DNA of 46,596 nucleotides from Candidatus Thorarchaeota archaeon. Lineage in GTDB: Archaea; Asgardarchaeota; Thorarchaeia; Thorarchaeales; Thorarchaeaceae. Position 1 is the stretch's first letter. Every line of letters begins with the position of its first letter. A model generated the notes under the pieces. It worked only from the letters and a program-made list of their open reading frames with translations. It was not told where the DNA came from and did no database searches. Location: positions 1 through 46,596 of the forward strand of contig JAFGAR010000152.1 of assembly GCA_016933575.1 (NCBI GenBank). The letters run 5' to 3'. Shown one piece after another: positions 17,882-28,339 of this stretch. A program made the position numbers and the translations under genes.

Positions 17882-18544
17882 ATGAAAAATACAGACGAAA
17901 TAATAAAGAAGACAATTATTGATACATTATACTGGGATAGTAGAGTTGATGCTTCCGACGTGAAGGTCGAAGTTGATAATAGAGAAGTGACAATCCGCGG
18001 CACTGTACCAAATTACTCTGCGTCTGAAGCTGCTTTATTTGATGCCTATAAGGCACATGGAGTTACGAAAGTTGATAATCAACTACTTGTAAAATACCCG
18101 CAATTATCGAAGTTTCCCACTGATAAAGAGATTGCAAAGAACATTGAAACCCAATTGGCACTCTATGCAAGTACAAGGGACTCAGACATACAAGTGTTTG
18201 TAAAGGATGGTAAAGTCATACTGAAAGGACATGTTGATGCTTATTGGAAGAAATCACGGGTAGAACAGCTGATTTCCGATTTAATTGGTGTTGTCGGTAT
18301 CACAAATACAATTACTGTGGTTCCTACAAAGACCGTAGTTGACGATGTCATTGCAGATGATGTTGTACAAGCTATTAATCGAAGCTACATTGTTGATGTG
18401 AATGATATTGACGTTCGAGTACAGAATGGAATAGTCACTCTATCGGGAGATGTTTCAAATCGTGTAGAGTACGATGCTGCCATTGAAGCTGCATCGAACA
18501 CCTTTGGCGTCAAAGATGTAATCGATCGTCTACACATTAAATAA
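17882..18544 (+). CDS. Triple BON-domain (OsmY-like) protein
   Basis: Three repeats of D..I...I...L...I.V.V.NG.V.L.G.V......A......GV..V.N.L. Confidence 0.88.
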   Translation: MKNTDEIIKKTIIDTLYWDSRVDASDVKVEVDNREVTIRGTVPNYSASEAALFDAYKAHGVTKVDNQLLVKYPQLSKFPTDKEIAKNIETQLALYASTRDSDIQVFVKDGKVILKGHVDAYWKKSRVEQLISDLIGVVGITNTITVVPTKTVVDDVIADDVVQAINRSYIVDVNDIDVRVQNGIVTLSGDVSNRVEYDAAIEAASNTFGVKDVIDRLHIK

Positions 18545-18608
18545 TCAAGAACAATCTCTTATTGGATAAAGGATCCAATCCTTTCCCTTTTGGGTAGTTG
18601 GAATGAAC

Positions 18609-19937
18609 TCAAGAAGAGTCCTCCCAACTCACTACCTCTTTTTCGATAGTAATCTTTTTTCTAACTGGATCATCAGCCTTGAGAAGCAATAGACTAGCTA
18701 ATAGAAGAAGAATGCTAGCAACTGCAAATGGTATCATTCCAATGAGTCCTGAATGTTCAGCTCCAACAACTGGTATCGCTGTGATATCTGCTATATATCC
18801 TAGGAATAAAGGACCCAGAACAAAACCAAAGTCACCTATCATACGATAGAGTCCCATTGAGATCTCAATCTTGTCTTGGGGTGATAGATCTGTGACATAA
18901 GCTGCCATGGGACCTGATATGCCAGTGAATGCTCCATAGATTATCAAAGACAATGATAAACCACCCATATCACTCGAATAAGGAATAGTAATTGTGATTA
19001 GTGCTGTAAGCAGTAGGCATAGTACCAATGGAGCCCTTCTTCCTATTCTATCTGAAATAGATCCCATTGGCACCATTGTGATTGCAGTTGCCACTCCTGC
19101 TAGAGTCAGAACTACACCAATAGCGGTGGAATCTAAACCAAGATTATTAGATCCGAAAAGAGGAACAAGTGTACTTCTCACGCCAGTCCGAATGAAGAAT
19201 AGGGAAAATGTTGCAAATGTAGCAAGAAGATATGAACGATAAGAAAGGATTTGCCGAATGTCTTGGAAGACAGTTCTGGATTCAGTAGATTCGTAAGTTC
19301 TGAACTCATCGGTCGTAGTTGCTTTTTCAGAATTGCTTAGCCTAGGTAGAAGAAGCGTAGGAACTATTCCAAAGCCTGCAACTAATGCATAAGCAAAGAA
19401 AGGCGCATGAATATCGTAGATATCTGCTAATACTCCACCAAAGGTTGGTCCAAATATGCTTCCTAGAAGTAACATTCCCATATAGAGACTCATCCATTGT
19501 CCTCGTTTTTCTTTCCCAGAAATCTGTGCTAGAAAGACCGTTGCTGATGTGACATAAAACGCGGACCCTGCACCCTCTATCATCCTAGCAATTACAAGTA
19601 TGATATAGCTTGGTGCCATACCAGCGAGTATTGATGAAATCACTATGAGAATGAGTCCTGTTATCATTATCTTCTTCTTATCATACCTCTTAGAGAGAAC
19701 TCCTGCGGGCATGTCTAGGAACATTCTTGTGATAGCAAATGAAGAAATAACAAAGCCCACAAGTGTATACGACACCTGAAAACTCTCAGCATATGTCGGC
19801 AGGATTGGAGCTACCATATTTAGACCAAGTAAGACGCAGAAAGTTACTGAAGATAAGTTCAGGACAGTGAGCACACCACCCCTGTTATTCTTACCAAGTT
19901 CGAGGTATTGGTCTATATCCTGCGAATCTTCAGACAA
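18609..19937 (-). CDS. MFS transporter
   Basis: About 12 hydrophobic segments; GSISDRIGRR MFS motif A. Confidence 0.92.
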   Translation of the reverse strand: MSEDSQDIDQYLELGKNNRGGVLTVLNLSSVTFCVLLGLNMVAPILPTYAESFQVSYTLVGFVISSFAITRMFLDMPAGVLSKRYDKKKIMITGLILIVISSILAGMAPSYIILVIARMIEGAGSAFYVTSATVFLAQISGKEKRGQWMSLYMGMLLLGSIFGPTFGGVLADIYDIHAPFFAYALVAGFGIVPTLLLPRLSNSEKATTTDEFRTYESTESRTVFQDIRQILSYRSYLLATFATFSLFFIRTGVRSTLVPLFGSNNLGLDSTAIGVVLTLAGVATAITMVPMGSISDRIGRRAPLVLCLLLTALITITIPYSSDMGGLSLSLIIYGAFTGISGPMAAYVTDLSPQDKIEISMGLYRMIGDFGFVLGPLFLGYIADITAIPVVGAEHSGLIGMIPFAVASILLLLASLLLLKADDPVRKKITIEKEVVSWEDSS

Positions 19938-20132
19938 AAGTAATACTCACCTGCATTCTCTCGAGCTATAGCCTCCATTTAAAATACTTTGAGATTGGAT
20001 TAATGCAGTTCATGCTTAGTCATTAATGGAGCGACAGAGAGAACGTAGTTCTTATTTGGTGAACCAACTCTCAAATATTGTAATCTATAACTTGGATAAT
20101 CTCAGAATTCGTTCTGGAATAGAACTAAGGAT

Positions 20133-20636
20133 TTGCTATGTGTGAAGGATGAGAAAAAACAGATTGCACTTGCACTTATAGGACAACCCGGTGTAGGCAA
20201 GAGCACAATAGTTCGTCTTATTGATGAAACAGTAGAGAGTCGTGGTACAACGTACGTCATAGAGACCGATGCAGTCCGATACACGTTCTGGGAACTCCAG
20301 ACCTCAAGTTATGAGCCTGAAAGGCTTAGCATATTCTCAACATCATTTCTGAATGAGAGTATACCGTACAATCGCTATTTACTGATTGTCACTAATAGTA
20401 CGCAGGAAGATGTGAATCAGCTGAAGTACTCAAAGAGATACCTTAGAAGTCTATTTCCTAAGACCAAGTTTGGAATAATCGCAAATATGCAGGATCTAAA
20501 GGATCGCCTGAATCGCACTCGTATAGAAAAGATGACAAGTCTTCCTACTCTAGAGATCTCTGCAATCAATGAGAGTCATAGAAGTCGGCTTATCAACTTC
20601 ATATCCTATCTCATAAATTCTGAATCAGGATTGTAA
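20133..20636 (+). CDS. Small GTPase-like P-loop protein (divergent)
   Basis: GQPGVGKS P-loop, ANMQD (G4-like) and EISA (G5); the G3 DxxG appears replaced by WELQT. Confidence 0.7.
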   Translation: MLCVKDEKKQIALALIGQPGVGKSTIVRLIDETVESRGTTYVIETDAVRYTFWELQTSSYEPERLSIFSTSFLNESIPYNRYLLIVTNSTQEDVNQLKYSKRYLRSLFPKTKFGIIANMQDLKDRLNRTRIEKMTSLPTLEISAINESHRSRLINFISYLINSESGL

Positions 20637-20641
20637 CTTCT

Positions 20642-21184
20642 TTACCTATTCCCATAACCCATTGAGCGTCTTAACTTTGGATCTATTTTATCAAAGATGA
20701 TTTTGCATGGCGTTGGGAGTTTTGGGATTGCTCTCTTCAATGCCTCTTGTGCATGCTCAATGAATTGATTTCTACATCGGATGGATATTATTGGTTGTCT
20801 TGGTTTTATCCTCGCAGCAAGTCCGATGACCTTTCCAAAGGATAAGCGCATACCATCTTGGACCCTATCTGCGCCAGCTCCTGTTATCATCTTATTCTCT
20901 CTGAGATGATGAAATGGTTTTATCCTTATCCGCAAATGGTAGTTCTGCCTACCGACATTCTTCATCATGTATCTATTAGATGAAACTCTAGCTGCCTCAA
21001 GAGCTTGATGACGTATCTGACAACGTTCTAACCCAATAACTGATAATTTGGCATCGAATTTTCCTGAGGTGTTTCCCATATCATAGCTAGTAATCTTGCT
21101 AGCTGGTCTCCGATGGATGAAACGTTTTCTTGTAAAAGGAGGTCGATCACATTCCCGATAACATTGTCCTGGTCTTTTTCCCAT
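20642..21184 (-). CDS. rpl10e: 50S ribosomal protein uL16 (L10e)
   Basis: MGKRPGQCYR, QIRHQALEAAR and LRENKMITGAGADRVQDGMRLSFGK. Confidence 0.97.
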   Translation of the reverse strand: MGKRPGQCYRECDRPPFTRKRFIHRRPASKITSYDMGNTSGKFDAKLSVIGLERCQIRHQALEAARVSSNRYMMKNVGRQNYHLRIRIKPFHHLRENKMITGAGADRVQDGMRLSFGKVIGLAARIKPRQPIISIRCRNQFIEHAQEALKRAIPKLPTPCKIIFDKIDPKLRRSMGYGNR

Positions 21185-21207
21185 ATTCTATTGAATCCTT
21201 TACTTCT

Positions 21208-21444
21208 TCATTTCCTTTTCATGATCTTCTTTGCTGAAAGGATGTCAGTGTTTCCCAGTGTATCGTATTCCACAACCACTTGTTCTCCTTTGTCTATGGT
21301 ATCATATTCCGTTAACGCATCGACTTTCATCTTCAAATATTTCTTATCGGGAGTTTCAATTGTAATATAGCCATAACTCACTTCTGTTGCTGGTATCTTA
21401 CCAATTTGTGCACCTACTATTTCTCCCACTGTATTTTTTTTCAT
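21208..21444 (-). CDS. Small hypothetical beta-rich (OB-fold-like) protein
   Basis: AGGTG SD-like sequence before MKKNTVG; ends just upstream of the uL16 gene. Confidence 0.6.
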   Translation of the reverse strand: MKKNTVGEIVGAQIGKIPATEVSYGYITIETPDKKYLKMKVDALTEYDTIDKGEQVVVEYDTLGNTDILSAKKIMKRK

Positions 21445-21911
21445 TTTATCACCTATGATTGACAACTCGTAACCACACAAATCAAGTTAATTCTCCTTTT
21501 AGAGCGTCATTTTTTTTTCCGAATGACAATCTTCTCTGGATTTGAAGGTCTTCTCATACCAAATCTCAATTTTGATAGCTACACATGACATCACCGTAAG
21601 GATGGACCATGAAATTCGTAGTATGTCAAAGGGTTTGGCACTGTTGTCTTTCTTATACAGATCTAAGAATATTTTGATATGATATCAATTTTTCGGAATA
21701 ATAGACCTTTTTTGACTGGAATTAGCATTATTAGTACTAATTTTTACTAAATAAGAATTATAATTACTCTTTATATCCTGAGATTTATAAAGCAATTATT
21801 CGATAGTATCAGTGTAGGGTTGCTACAATAGATGGAATTGTTTAGAATTGCAATAGAAAGAATCTGGCATTTGCGTTTTGTGCATCCCTAAGAATAATGT
21901 AAGTGATTTGA

Positions 21912-22439
21912 ATGACTTCTGAAATTGATAATGAGAGTAAGACTGCTGAAGAAGCAAATGAGGCACTAATTGAAGAACTAAAACCACGAATGAAAAGTGT
22001 GAAAGTGGTCTTCAGAGTCGTGGGGAAAGGGGAAGTACGAGAAGTCAGTTCTCGTAATACTGGCGAAAAGCATAGAGTAACAGAGGCTATTGTTGGAGAC
22101 AGTACTGGTATTGTAACACTTCCTCTATGGGATGAAAGCATAGGCACTATTGAGGTGGGAAAAACCTATAGTCTTGAAAATGGATATACAGGTCTCTTCC
22201 GAGGTAATTTGCAGCTGAAGATTGGACGAAATAGCACAGTGACAGAATCTGAAACTGAGATTGGCACAGTGAATCAGGATGTTGACATGTCTGCAGAGAA
22301 TCATCGCAGATCTAGAGAACGTCATTGGTATCAACCTTCAGGTACACCTCGAGGTTACACCAGCTTTGGTAATTCACGAAGAGATAATGAAAGATACTCC
22401 CATCGTGAGCGTTATAGTCGACATAGACGGAGATGGTAG
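21912..22439 (+). CDS. ssb: Single-stranded DNA-binding protein (single OB fold, Arg-rich tail)
   Basis: HRVTEAIVGDSTG.VTL.LWD...GYTGLFRGNLQLKIGR, typical of Sulfolobus-type SSB/RPA OB folds. Confidence 0.85.
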   Translation: MTSEIDNESKTAEEANEALIEELKPRMKSVKVVFRVVGKGEVREVSSRNTGEKHRVTEAIVGDSTGIVTLPLWDESIGTIEVGKTYSLENGYTGLFRGNLQLKIGRNSTVTESETEIGTVNQDVDMSAENHRRSRERHWYQPSGTPRGYTSFGNSRRDNERYSHRERYSRHRRRW

Positions 22440-22449
22440 TGTAATAAAG

Positions 22450-23406
22450 ATGGCCTCCAGAACACCAAGTACGGTACAGGAAGAAAAACCGACAAAACCC
22501 AGCCGGTTCACCTGCCCTGATTGTGGGGCTCACAAAGATGTTCAGATTTTACAGACTGGTGATATTGTCTGTGCAAAATGTGGTCTAGTTGTAAGTGAAC
22601 GACAAATTGATCCGGGTCCTGAATGGAGAGCATTTACTGCTGATGAAAAACGTGCAAGGACTAGAACTGGTAGCCCCATCCGCTACACATCTTCTGATAA
22701 AGGACTCTCAACTCTAATCGGATGGCAGAACAAGGATCGTTCTGGTAAAAATTTCTCACCAGAGCGTAGAGCCGCAATCACACGAATGAGGAAGTGGCAG
22801 ATTCGTTCGAGAGTGCACAGTTCTGTTGACAGGAATCTATCCCAAGCGAACTCAGAAATTAATCGGTTGATATCCCAGTTGGGGCTGAAAGATGGGGTCA
22901 AGGAACTTGCTGCTATGCTGTATCGAAAACTTATTGTGAAACGGCTCGTACGGAGTCGTTCTATTGATGCACTTGCAGCTGCATCAATCTATGCTGCACT
23001 CCGTCTGAGAAAAATACCCCGGTCACTAAAAGAGATAGCGAAGCATTCACATCTGAATTATAAGGTAATTGGGCGATATTATCGCCTCCTGGTGAGAAAA
23101 CTCAATCTGAAAATGCCTGTTCCTGATCCAATGAATTATGTTCCAAAGTTTATCACTAAACTCAATCTTCCAGGCGCGATGCAAGCAAAAGTATTGGATG
23201 TTCTCCAAGATGCTAAGGATTATGGGGGTCTTATCACTGGTCGCGATCCCCGTGGTCTAGCAGCTGGTGCGATTTACATAGCTTCCATACTTACCGATAA
23301 TCGGGTGACTCAAAGGGAGATTGCATACGCCACTGGTGTTACTGAAGTCACTGTTCGAAATCGCTACAAGGAGCTTGTCAGAGAGCTAGAGATAGCCCCT
23401 CTGTAA
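22450..23406 (+). CDS. tfb: Transcription initiation factor IIB (TFB)
   Basis: CPDC/CAKCG zinc ribbon, IDPGPEWRAF, two cyclin repeats and VTEVTVRNRYKEL; start set at ATG 22450. Confidence 0.95.
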   Translation: MASRTPSTVQEEKPTKPSRFTCPDCGAHKDVQILQTGDIVCAKCGLVVSERQIDPGPEWRAFTADEKRARTRTGSPIRYTSSDKGLSTLIGWQNKDRSGKNFSPERRAAITRMRKWQIRSRVHSSVDRNLSQANSEINRLISQLGLKDGVKELAAMLYRKLIVKRLVRSRSIDALAAASIYAALRLRKIPRSLKEIAKHSHLNYKVIGRYYRLLVRKLNLKMPVPDPMNYVPKFITKLNLPGAMQAKVLDVLQDAKDYGGLITGRDPRGLAAGAIYIASILTDNRVTQREIAYATGVTEVTVRNRYKELVRELEIAPL

Positions 23407-23513
23407 TTGTACTTGTCCAATTCACAGATACTTGTGTAATAATAATTTAGGACGCCTATGTTTTATATAAATCTCTAGAATTTGGCAAGTTTGTGAGTTC
23501 ATCATTTCTTGTT

Positions 23514-25343
23514 CTAAACACACTCATACCATAATTTGTTGGCGCGTACTTTTACAATCTTATCAAGAATTTGCATTAGTGGTATCGACCCTATAAGAGC
23601 GATTGCGCCAGTTCCGGTTTCGATTGAAAAGAGATCCCCAAAGTAGACAAAGATACCACTAAAGATGATACTCAGAACAATGACTACAAAGAGAACAGGT
23701 AACCATACCAAAACAGCAGCTCTAAACTGAAATCTATGTCGAAAAGCTGAGAGTGCAATTACAAAACAGACTCCCGTTAAAACGGCTGGCAAGAACCAAC
23801 CTGCAAGTAAGAAACTCATCCCATAGAGCTCGATAAATGCGAATATGGAGAGACCTGCTCTTCCTGAGATTGTTATGAATGGCTGAAGAAAACCTGCGCT
23901 GAGTGCGAGGATTCCTATTATGTATGGCACTTCACGAACAATGTGTACCTTGCGAGGTTGCCATATCTGAAAGTGGAGCAGGAATAGTATTCCAATACTA
24001 GATATCACCAATAATATTGGAAAGAAGCTGGACCCAGCACTCCCTTCATATATATCGGATGAGGTTTGAACCAAGTCTTCCTGTATTGTAATGACAAAAA
24101 ACAGAATCTTTCCAGTATCAATAGGTATTATCTCACCTGCATAGATATTGGTGGCACTACCAATCTCTGCCTTTAGCTCTGTGTGGAACCATATAGCTCC
24201 GGGTTCACTTGACCTCCAACACAAGAATACGCTATCTGTGTTCTGTGTTTCCGCACGTATTTTGACAGTGTTTCCTTGAAGGTTTAATTCGCTGTAATAA
24301 TCAATACGGGACTCCGGCAATGGCTCGCCAGATCTGAAATGAAGGTCAATCCATCTAATGATATTGGTACTCCATTCGAGCGAAACACTATGACCCCAAT
24401 TAGGTACAATGTTCAGCGTAAGCTCTGATTTTATTGATTGGACTGTATCAATCATTGATGTAATTGGGAAGAATTGGTCATTTGTTCCAAACATCATAAA
24501 GACAGGTTTAGTGATGTATCTTGTATATGCCAGTGGATCAAACCACTTGACCACTTTTGCCATCATTTCTGATTCAATACGATATGATGGTACTATTACA
24601 GTATTAAGAAGAGACCCTGACATAATAGAATTGAGAAGATTCCCAGCCGAAATCATGGGAATTGATCCATCAACACGAGTATCAATACCTGATAAAATAA
24701 AGGTGGCAAGACCCCCCATAGAATTTCCTGCAACTACTAAAGCATCACTACGCACTTGAGGTAGCGACTCAAGAAGCGTTATTGCGCGTGCTGCTGCCCA
24801 GACTGAGTGGTACAGACTGGCATCCTGAGGTCCATTGGTTACATTCAGGAATGTATATGGACTGAGAATGGGAAAGCCTGTCGAGTTGCCTGAACCTGGT
24901 TGATCTATCCCCATCGCAACAAAACCCGCAGCAGCAAACTCTCTAAGCATCTGCATGAAGTCCGCATATTGCTCGCCATAGCCATGGAGATAAAGAATTG
25001 CTGGAGCTGGCGTCACAAGATCTATTCTAGTTATAATGACCGAATTAATTCGTACAGTCGAGTTCCTGAACGTTTCACTCGCATAATCAAAATACCAATC
25101 ATTAACACTTACTGATGTATTTTGATAATCAACATCAATGCTTCTTGTTGAATGATTCACCACATCTAGCGGACTTGAGTATGCATCCGTTAGATTCCAA
25201 AAACTAGTATCATAGAAGTCATCTAAAGGCACTGGCGCTGTTCTCTCAGGAAAATTCGAACCTGCAAAAAACAACATTGCTGTAATACTGCCCATAAATG
25301 AAACCATTACCACTATTGCAATAACAGAAATTCTACCTGACAT
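23514..25343 (-). CDS. Membrane-anchored secreted alpha/beta hydrolase (esterase/peptidase-like)
   Basis: N-terminal TM segment, LHGYG, GNSMGG, GTNDQFF, GH and C-terminal multi-TM region. Confidence 0.8.
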   Translation of the reverse strand: MSGRISVIAIVVMVSFMGSITAMLFFAGSNFPERTAPVPLDDFYDTSFWNLTDAYSSPLDVVNHSTRSIDVDYQNTSVSVNDWYFDYASETFRNSTVRINSVIITRIDLVTPAPAILYLHGYGEQYADFMQMLREFAAAGFVAMGIDQPGSGNSTGFPILSPYTFLNVTNGPQDASLYHSVWAAARAITLLESLPQVRSDALVVAGNSMGGLATFILSGIDTRVDGSIPMISAGNLLNSIMSGSLLNTVIVPSYRIESEMMAKVVKWFDPLAYTRYITKPVFMMFGTNDQFFPITSMIDTVQSIKSELTLNIVPNWGHSVSLEWSTNIIRWIDLHFRSGEPLPESRIDYYSELNLQGNTVKIRAETQNTDSVFLCWRSSEPGAIWFHTELKAEIGSATNIYAGEIIPIDTGKILFFVITIQEDLVQTSSDIYEGSAGSSFFPILLVISSIGILFLLHFQIWQPRKVHIVREVPYIIGILALSAGFLQPFITISGRAGLSIFAFIELYGMSFLLAGWFLPAVLTGVCFVIALSAFRHRFQFRAAVLVWLPVLFVVIVLSIIFSGIFVYFGDLFSIETGTGAIALIGSIPLMQILDKIVKVRANKLWYECV

Positions 25344-25774
25344 CGATGTATCACAGCTCGTTCTAATCGTTGTTTGCCAGTAAAACCAGAATCACTCCAA
25401 TACAGACGTAAAGACTTGGTATCATCTATCTTCTTAACTTGTTTCTCCCTTTGCTTTTTAGTTAGCTTCCTCCGTTCATCTCTGAGCCATTTTATCTCTT
25501 GATGGTCTTCAATTTCGTCTAGATAGTCTTTGTCAATTTTATGCCAATTCTCTGCTAGTTGAAGAAGCTGCTCTCTCTTCTTCCAGATTTTTGAGATTCT
25601 TACACTGAACAGGTATTGCTTATCCCGTTTCAAATCTCTAACAAGCTTCTGAACGTTTTCATCAACTTTCAGAATCTCTTGCTTAGTAAATGTTTCAAGT
25701 GGCGGGTATGTTATGGTTTTTTCAATCATTGTCAAGACAAGTATTGATCGTGTATCCAAATCTGCCTGTTTCAT
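25313..25774 (-). CDS. Hypothetical basic protein
   Basis: 153-aa ORF with no recognised motif. Confidence 0.45.
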   Translation of the reverse strand: MKQADLDTRSILVLTMIEKTITYPPLETFTKQEILKVDENVQKLVRDLKRDKQYLFSVRISKIWKKREQLLQLAENWHKIDKDYLDEIEDHQEIKWLRDERRKLTKKQREKQVKKIDDTKSLRLYWSDSGFTGKQRLERAVIHRCQVEFLLLQ

Positions 25775-25833
25775 TTCTCGTATTTTTTAATCAGGTCTTC
25801 CAAACGAGCCATTCTTTTACCTTCTTTCTACCT

Positions 25834-26758
25834 TCATTTTGATATTATTGTTCCTTCAAGTCCTGATAGGGCTTGATGTGCATTTGCCATTGAGGTGATC
25901 ATCGATTGTTACCCGCCTTCTTCTACGAACTTGATGGCTGCTTCAATTTTTGGTCCTATACTGCCTTGTGCAAAATGCCCTCCTCTGCCAGTTTCTTAGC
26001 CTCTTCAAATGACAGATGAAAAAGCGGTTTTTGATTAGGACGATTGTAATTTGTATAAACATTATCAACATCTGTGAGAATCAGGAGAATATCTACAGAC
26101 ACTATTTGAGCCAATAATACAGAAGATCGATCTTTATCAATTACTCCTTCTACACCGCTAAGAGTGCCATCGTCTTCAATGACTACAGGAACTCCTCCCC
26201 TTCCTGATGCTATCACAATTGTACCTTTGTTGAAAAGGGTCCTAATGGTATCTTCTTCCATAATTCGAATTGGCTGAGGCGAAGGAACCACCCGTCGAAA
26301 GCCTCATCCACTATCATCTACTATTGTCCATCCTTTCTCCTTCCTAAGTCTGGATGCTTCCATGGCAGTATAGAACGGTCCCACTGGTTTTGTTGGGTGT
26401 TTGAAAGCAGAATCCCTTTTGTCTACAAGTGTCTGTGTGATAATTGTAGCAATACTGCACTCGAGTTCTGCTAGTTGCATCTCCGAATACATGCTCTTTT
26501 GAAGCATATATCCTATCATTCCTTGGCTTTCACTGCTACAAATATCAAGAGGCATTGGGGGTGAAAGCCAACTCATTTTTCAGTAAAATATCACCTACCT
26601 GTGGACCATTCCCGTGAGTGATTGCCAGCTGGTAGCCTTCTTGAATAAGATCAACTAGCACTTTTGATGTTGTTCTGATTTTTCTGAACTGCTCTGCTGC
26701 CGTTCCTTGTTCTTTATGCTTTAGAATCGCATTTCTCCCGAGAGCTGGTAATCATCAT
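25834..26758 (-). pseudogene. arcC: Carbamate kinase pseudogene
   Basis: Fragments ALGRNA, THGNGPQVG, SQGMIGY, PTKPVGPFY, G*GFRRVVPSPQP, VIDKD and GSIGPKIEAA, interrupted by frameshifts and stop codons. Confidence 0.88.
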
Positions 26759-26760
26759 GC

Positions 26761-27861
26761 CTATTGTAAATCATCTAACCAAGTTACAGTTTTATTCATT
26801 CGCTTTGAAAAGACAAGTCCTAAATCATTCGGGTCCTTAGCCTGATGATACTTGAAGAGAAATTGCCCATCTCTAATTCCAAGCACTTCGATCTTCCCTG
26901 TTGGATGTGACATGATGAATCTAAATCTCTTAGCATGGCCATCTAATCTACCACGAGCACTCTCTATTATTCTGCATGCATCATATAATGACACTTGGAA
27001 TTGTTTCTTGACACGTTTCACTGGCCGACATTGAAAGACATAGTATGGAATCACACCTATTTCAATAAGTCCTCTCTGAAGTCTTGCCATTACATCTGGA
27101 TCGTTATTAACTCCCTTCAATAGAACAGTCTGATTACTCACAATTACTCCTGCTTCTGAAAGTAGTTTTATTGCTTGTACTGATCTCTCAGTGACTTCTC
27201 TTGGATGATTATATTGTGTTACAAAATAGATGCGTTTTCTTTGATGCGCATATTCTCTCAGTATACGAACTAGTTCCAGGTCATGAGTAATTCTCTGGGG
27301 GAATGTGACTGGTACTCTGGTTCCAAATCTAATGAAATCAAGATGATCAATTTTTGAGAATGCTTTCAGAAAAGCCTCAATCCTGTCATTTGGGAGAACC
27401 AGTGGGTCTCCTCCTGTAATCAGGACATTAGTAATCTCTCTGTGGTTCTCTACATAATCCACAGCACGAGGGAGATCCTGCAGTGTTTCATCTGTATCTA
27501 AACCCACTAGACGTTTTCTAAAACAATGTCTGCAGTACATTGCACACTCATTAGTAGCTAAAATTACAGCAGTCTGTTGATACTTGTGTTGAAGTCCTTG
27601 AAAGATAGTGTTTGGTCTTTCACCACTGGTATCATAACTGCCCTCCAAGTATTTCTCGTGAGGAATGGGCACTGCAATCCTTCTTATGGGATCAGTCCTA
27701 TCATCGTTATCGATTAGCGAGAGATAGTATTTTGATATCCTCAGAGGATGTTCATTACAAATATCTTGCAGTATCTCCTTCTCTTTTTCCTCAATATCAA
27801 ATAATAGTACTAGTTCATCCACTGTCGATATGCTATTCTCAAGTTGTTTCTCCCAGCTCAT
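26761..27861 (-). CDS. KamA-family radical SAM enzyme (lysine 2,3-aminomutase-like)
   Basis: GLQHKY, CAMYCRHCFRKR, ITGGDPL, NQTVLLKGVN and PYYVFQCRPV; start set at MSWEKQL. Confidence 0.9.
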   Translation of the reverse strand: MSWEKQLENSISTVDELVLLFDIEEKEKEILQDICNEHPLRISKYYLSLIDNDDRTDPIRRIAVPIPHEKYLEGSYDTSGERPNTIFQGLQHKYQQTAVILATNECAMYCRHCFRKRLVGLDTDETLQDLPRAVDYVENHREITNVLITGGDPLVLPNDRIEAFLKAFSKIDHLDFIRFGTRVPVTFPQRITHDLELVRILREYAHQRKRIYFVTQYNHPREVTERSVQAIKLLSEAGVIVSNQTVLLKGVNNDPDVMARLQRGLIEIGVIPYYVFQCRPVKRVKKQFQVSLYDACRIIESARGRLDGHAKRFRFIMSHPTGKIEVLGIRDGQFLFKYHQAKDPNDLGLVFSKRMNKTVTWLDDLQ

Positions 27862-27871
27862 AAAACACACA

Positions 27872-28081
27872 TCATCTAGAGGGAAGATTTCGTTCTCCTT
27901 GTACCGTTTTGTCAGTGAGCGAAGAAAGGATTTTGGCATTTTCCTGTAATTCAGGAATATCTTCTTGTGTCCGTACAAGGGGAGGATCGCTTGTCATTCG
28001 AGCAATGATTGCCATCTTCCTTTCTATTTCTGGCCATTCTGCAATTGGTAATCTCTCTTCGTATTCATTTTTCCTATTCAT
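27872..28081 (-). CDS. Small hypothetical protein upstream of the KamA-like gene
   Basis: 69-aa ORF ending 10 nt before the KamA start. Confidence 0.35.
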   Translation of the reverse strand: MNRKNEYEERLPIAEWPEIERKMAIIARMTSDPPLVRTQEDIPELQENAKILSSLTDKTVQGERNLPSR

Positions 28082-28339
28082 TTGATTCAACTCACAGATC
28101 GGAAATGACGTAGAGGTCTGCACAAGTAGGTTGTTTGTTGTCATTCCGCTGTCTATTTTTGAAGAAACACACATCTTTCTAGTAGTTCTTTATTGTGAAT
28201 TCTATGTGTGCATTGCTTGTGTTCCTGTCTAATAGTCTATATTTTGAAAATTTGCTTATTAATCTATCTTTCTTTATCCTTTTAAACATTATAAAGGAAT
28301 TATAGTTCTTTTTAAATGAAAAAAAGATTTATGAGTTCT

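Noticed and set aside
26292-26310. In-frame TGA in arcC as selenocysteine
   Set aside because: The position corresponds to Arg in the GRGxRRVV motif and the gene has additional frameshifts, so it is a pseudogene.
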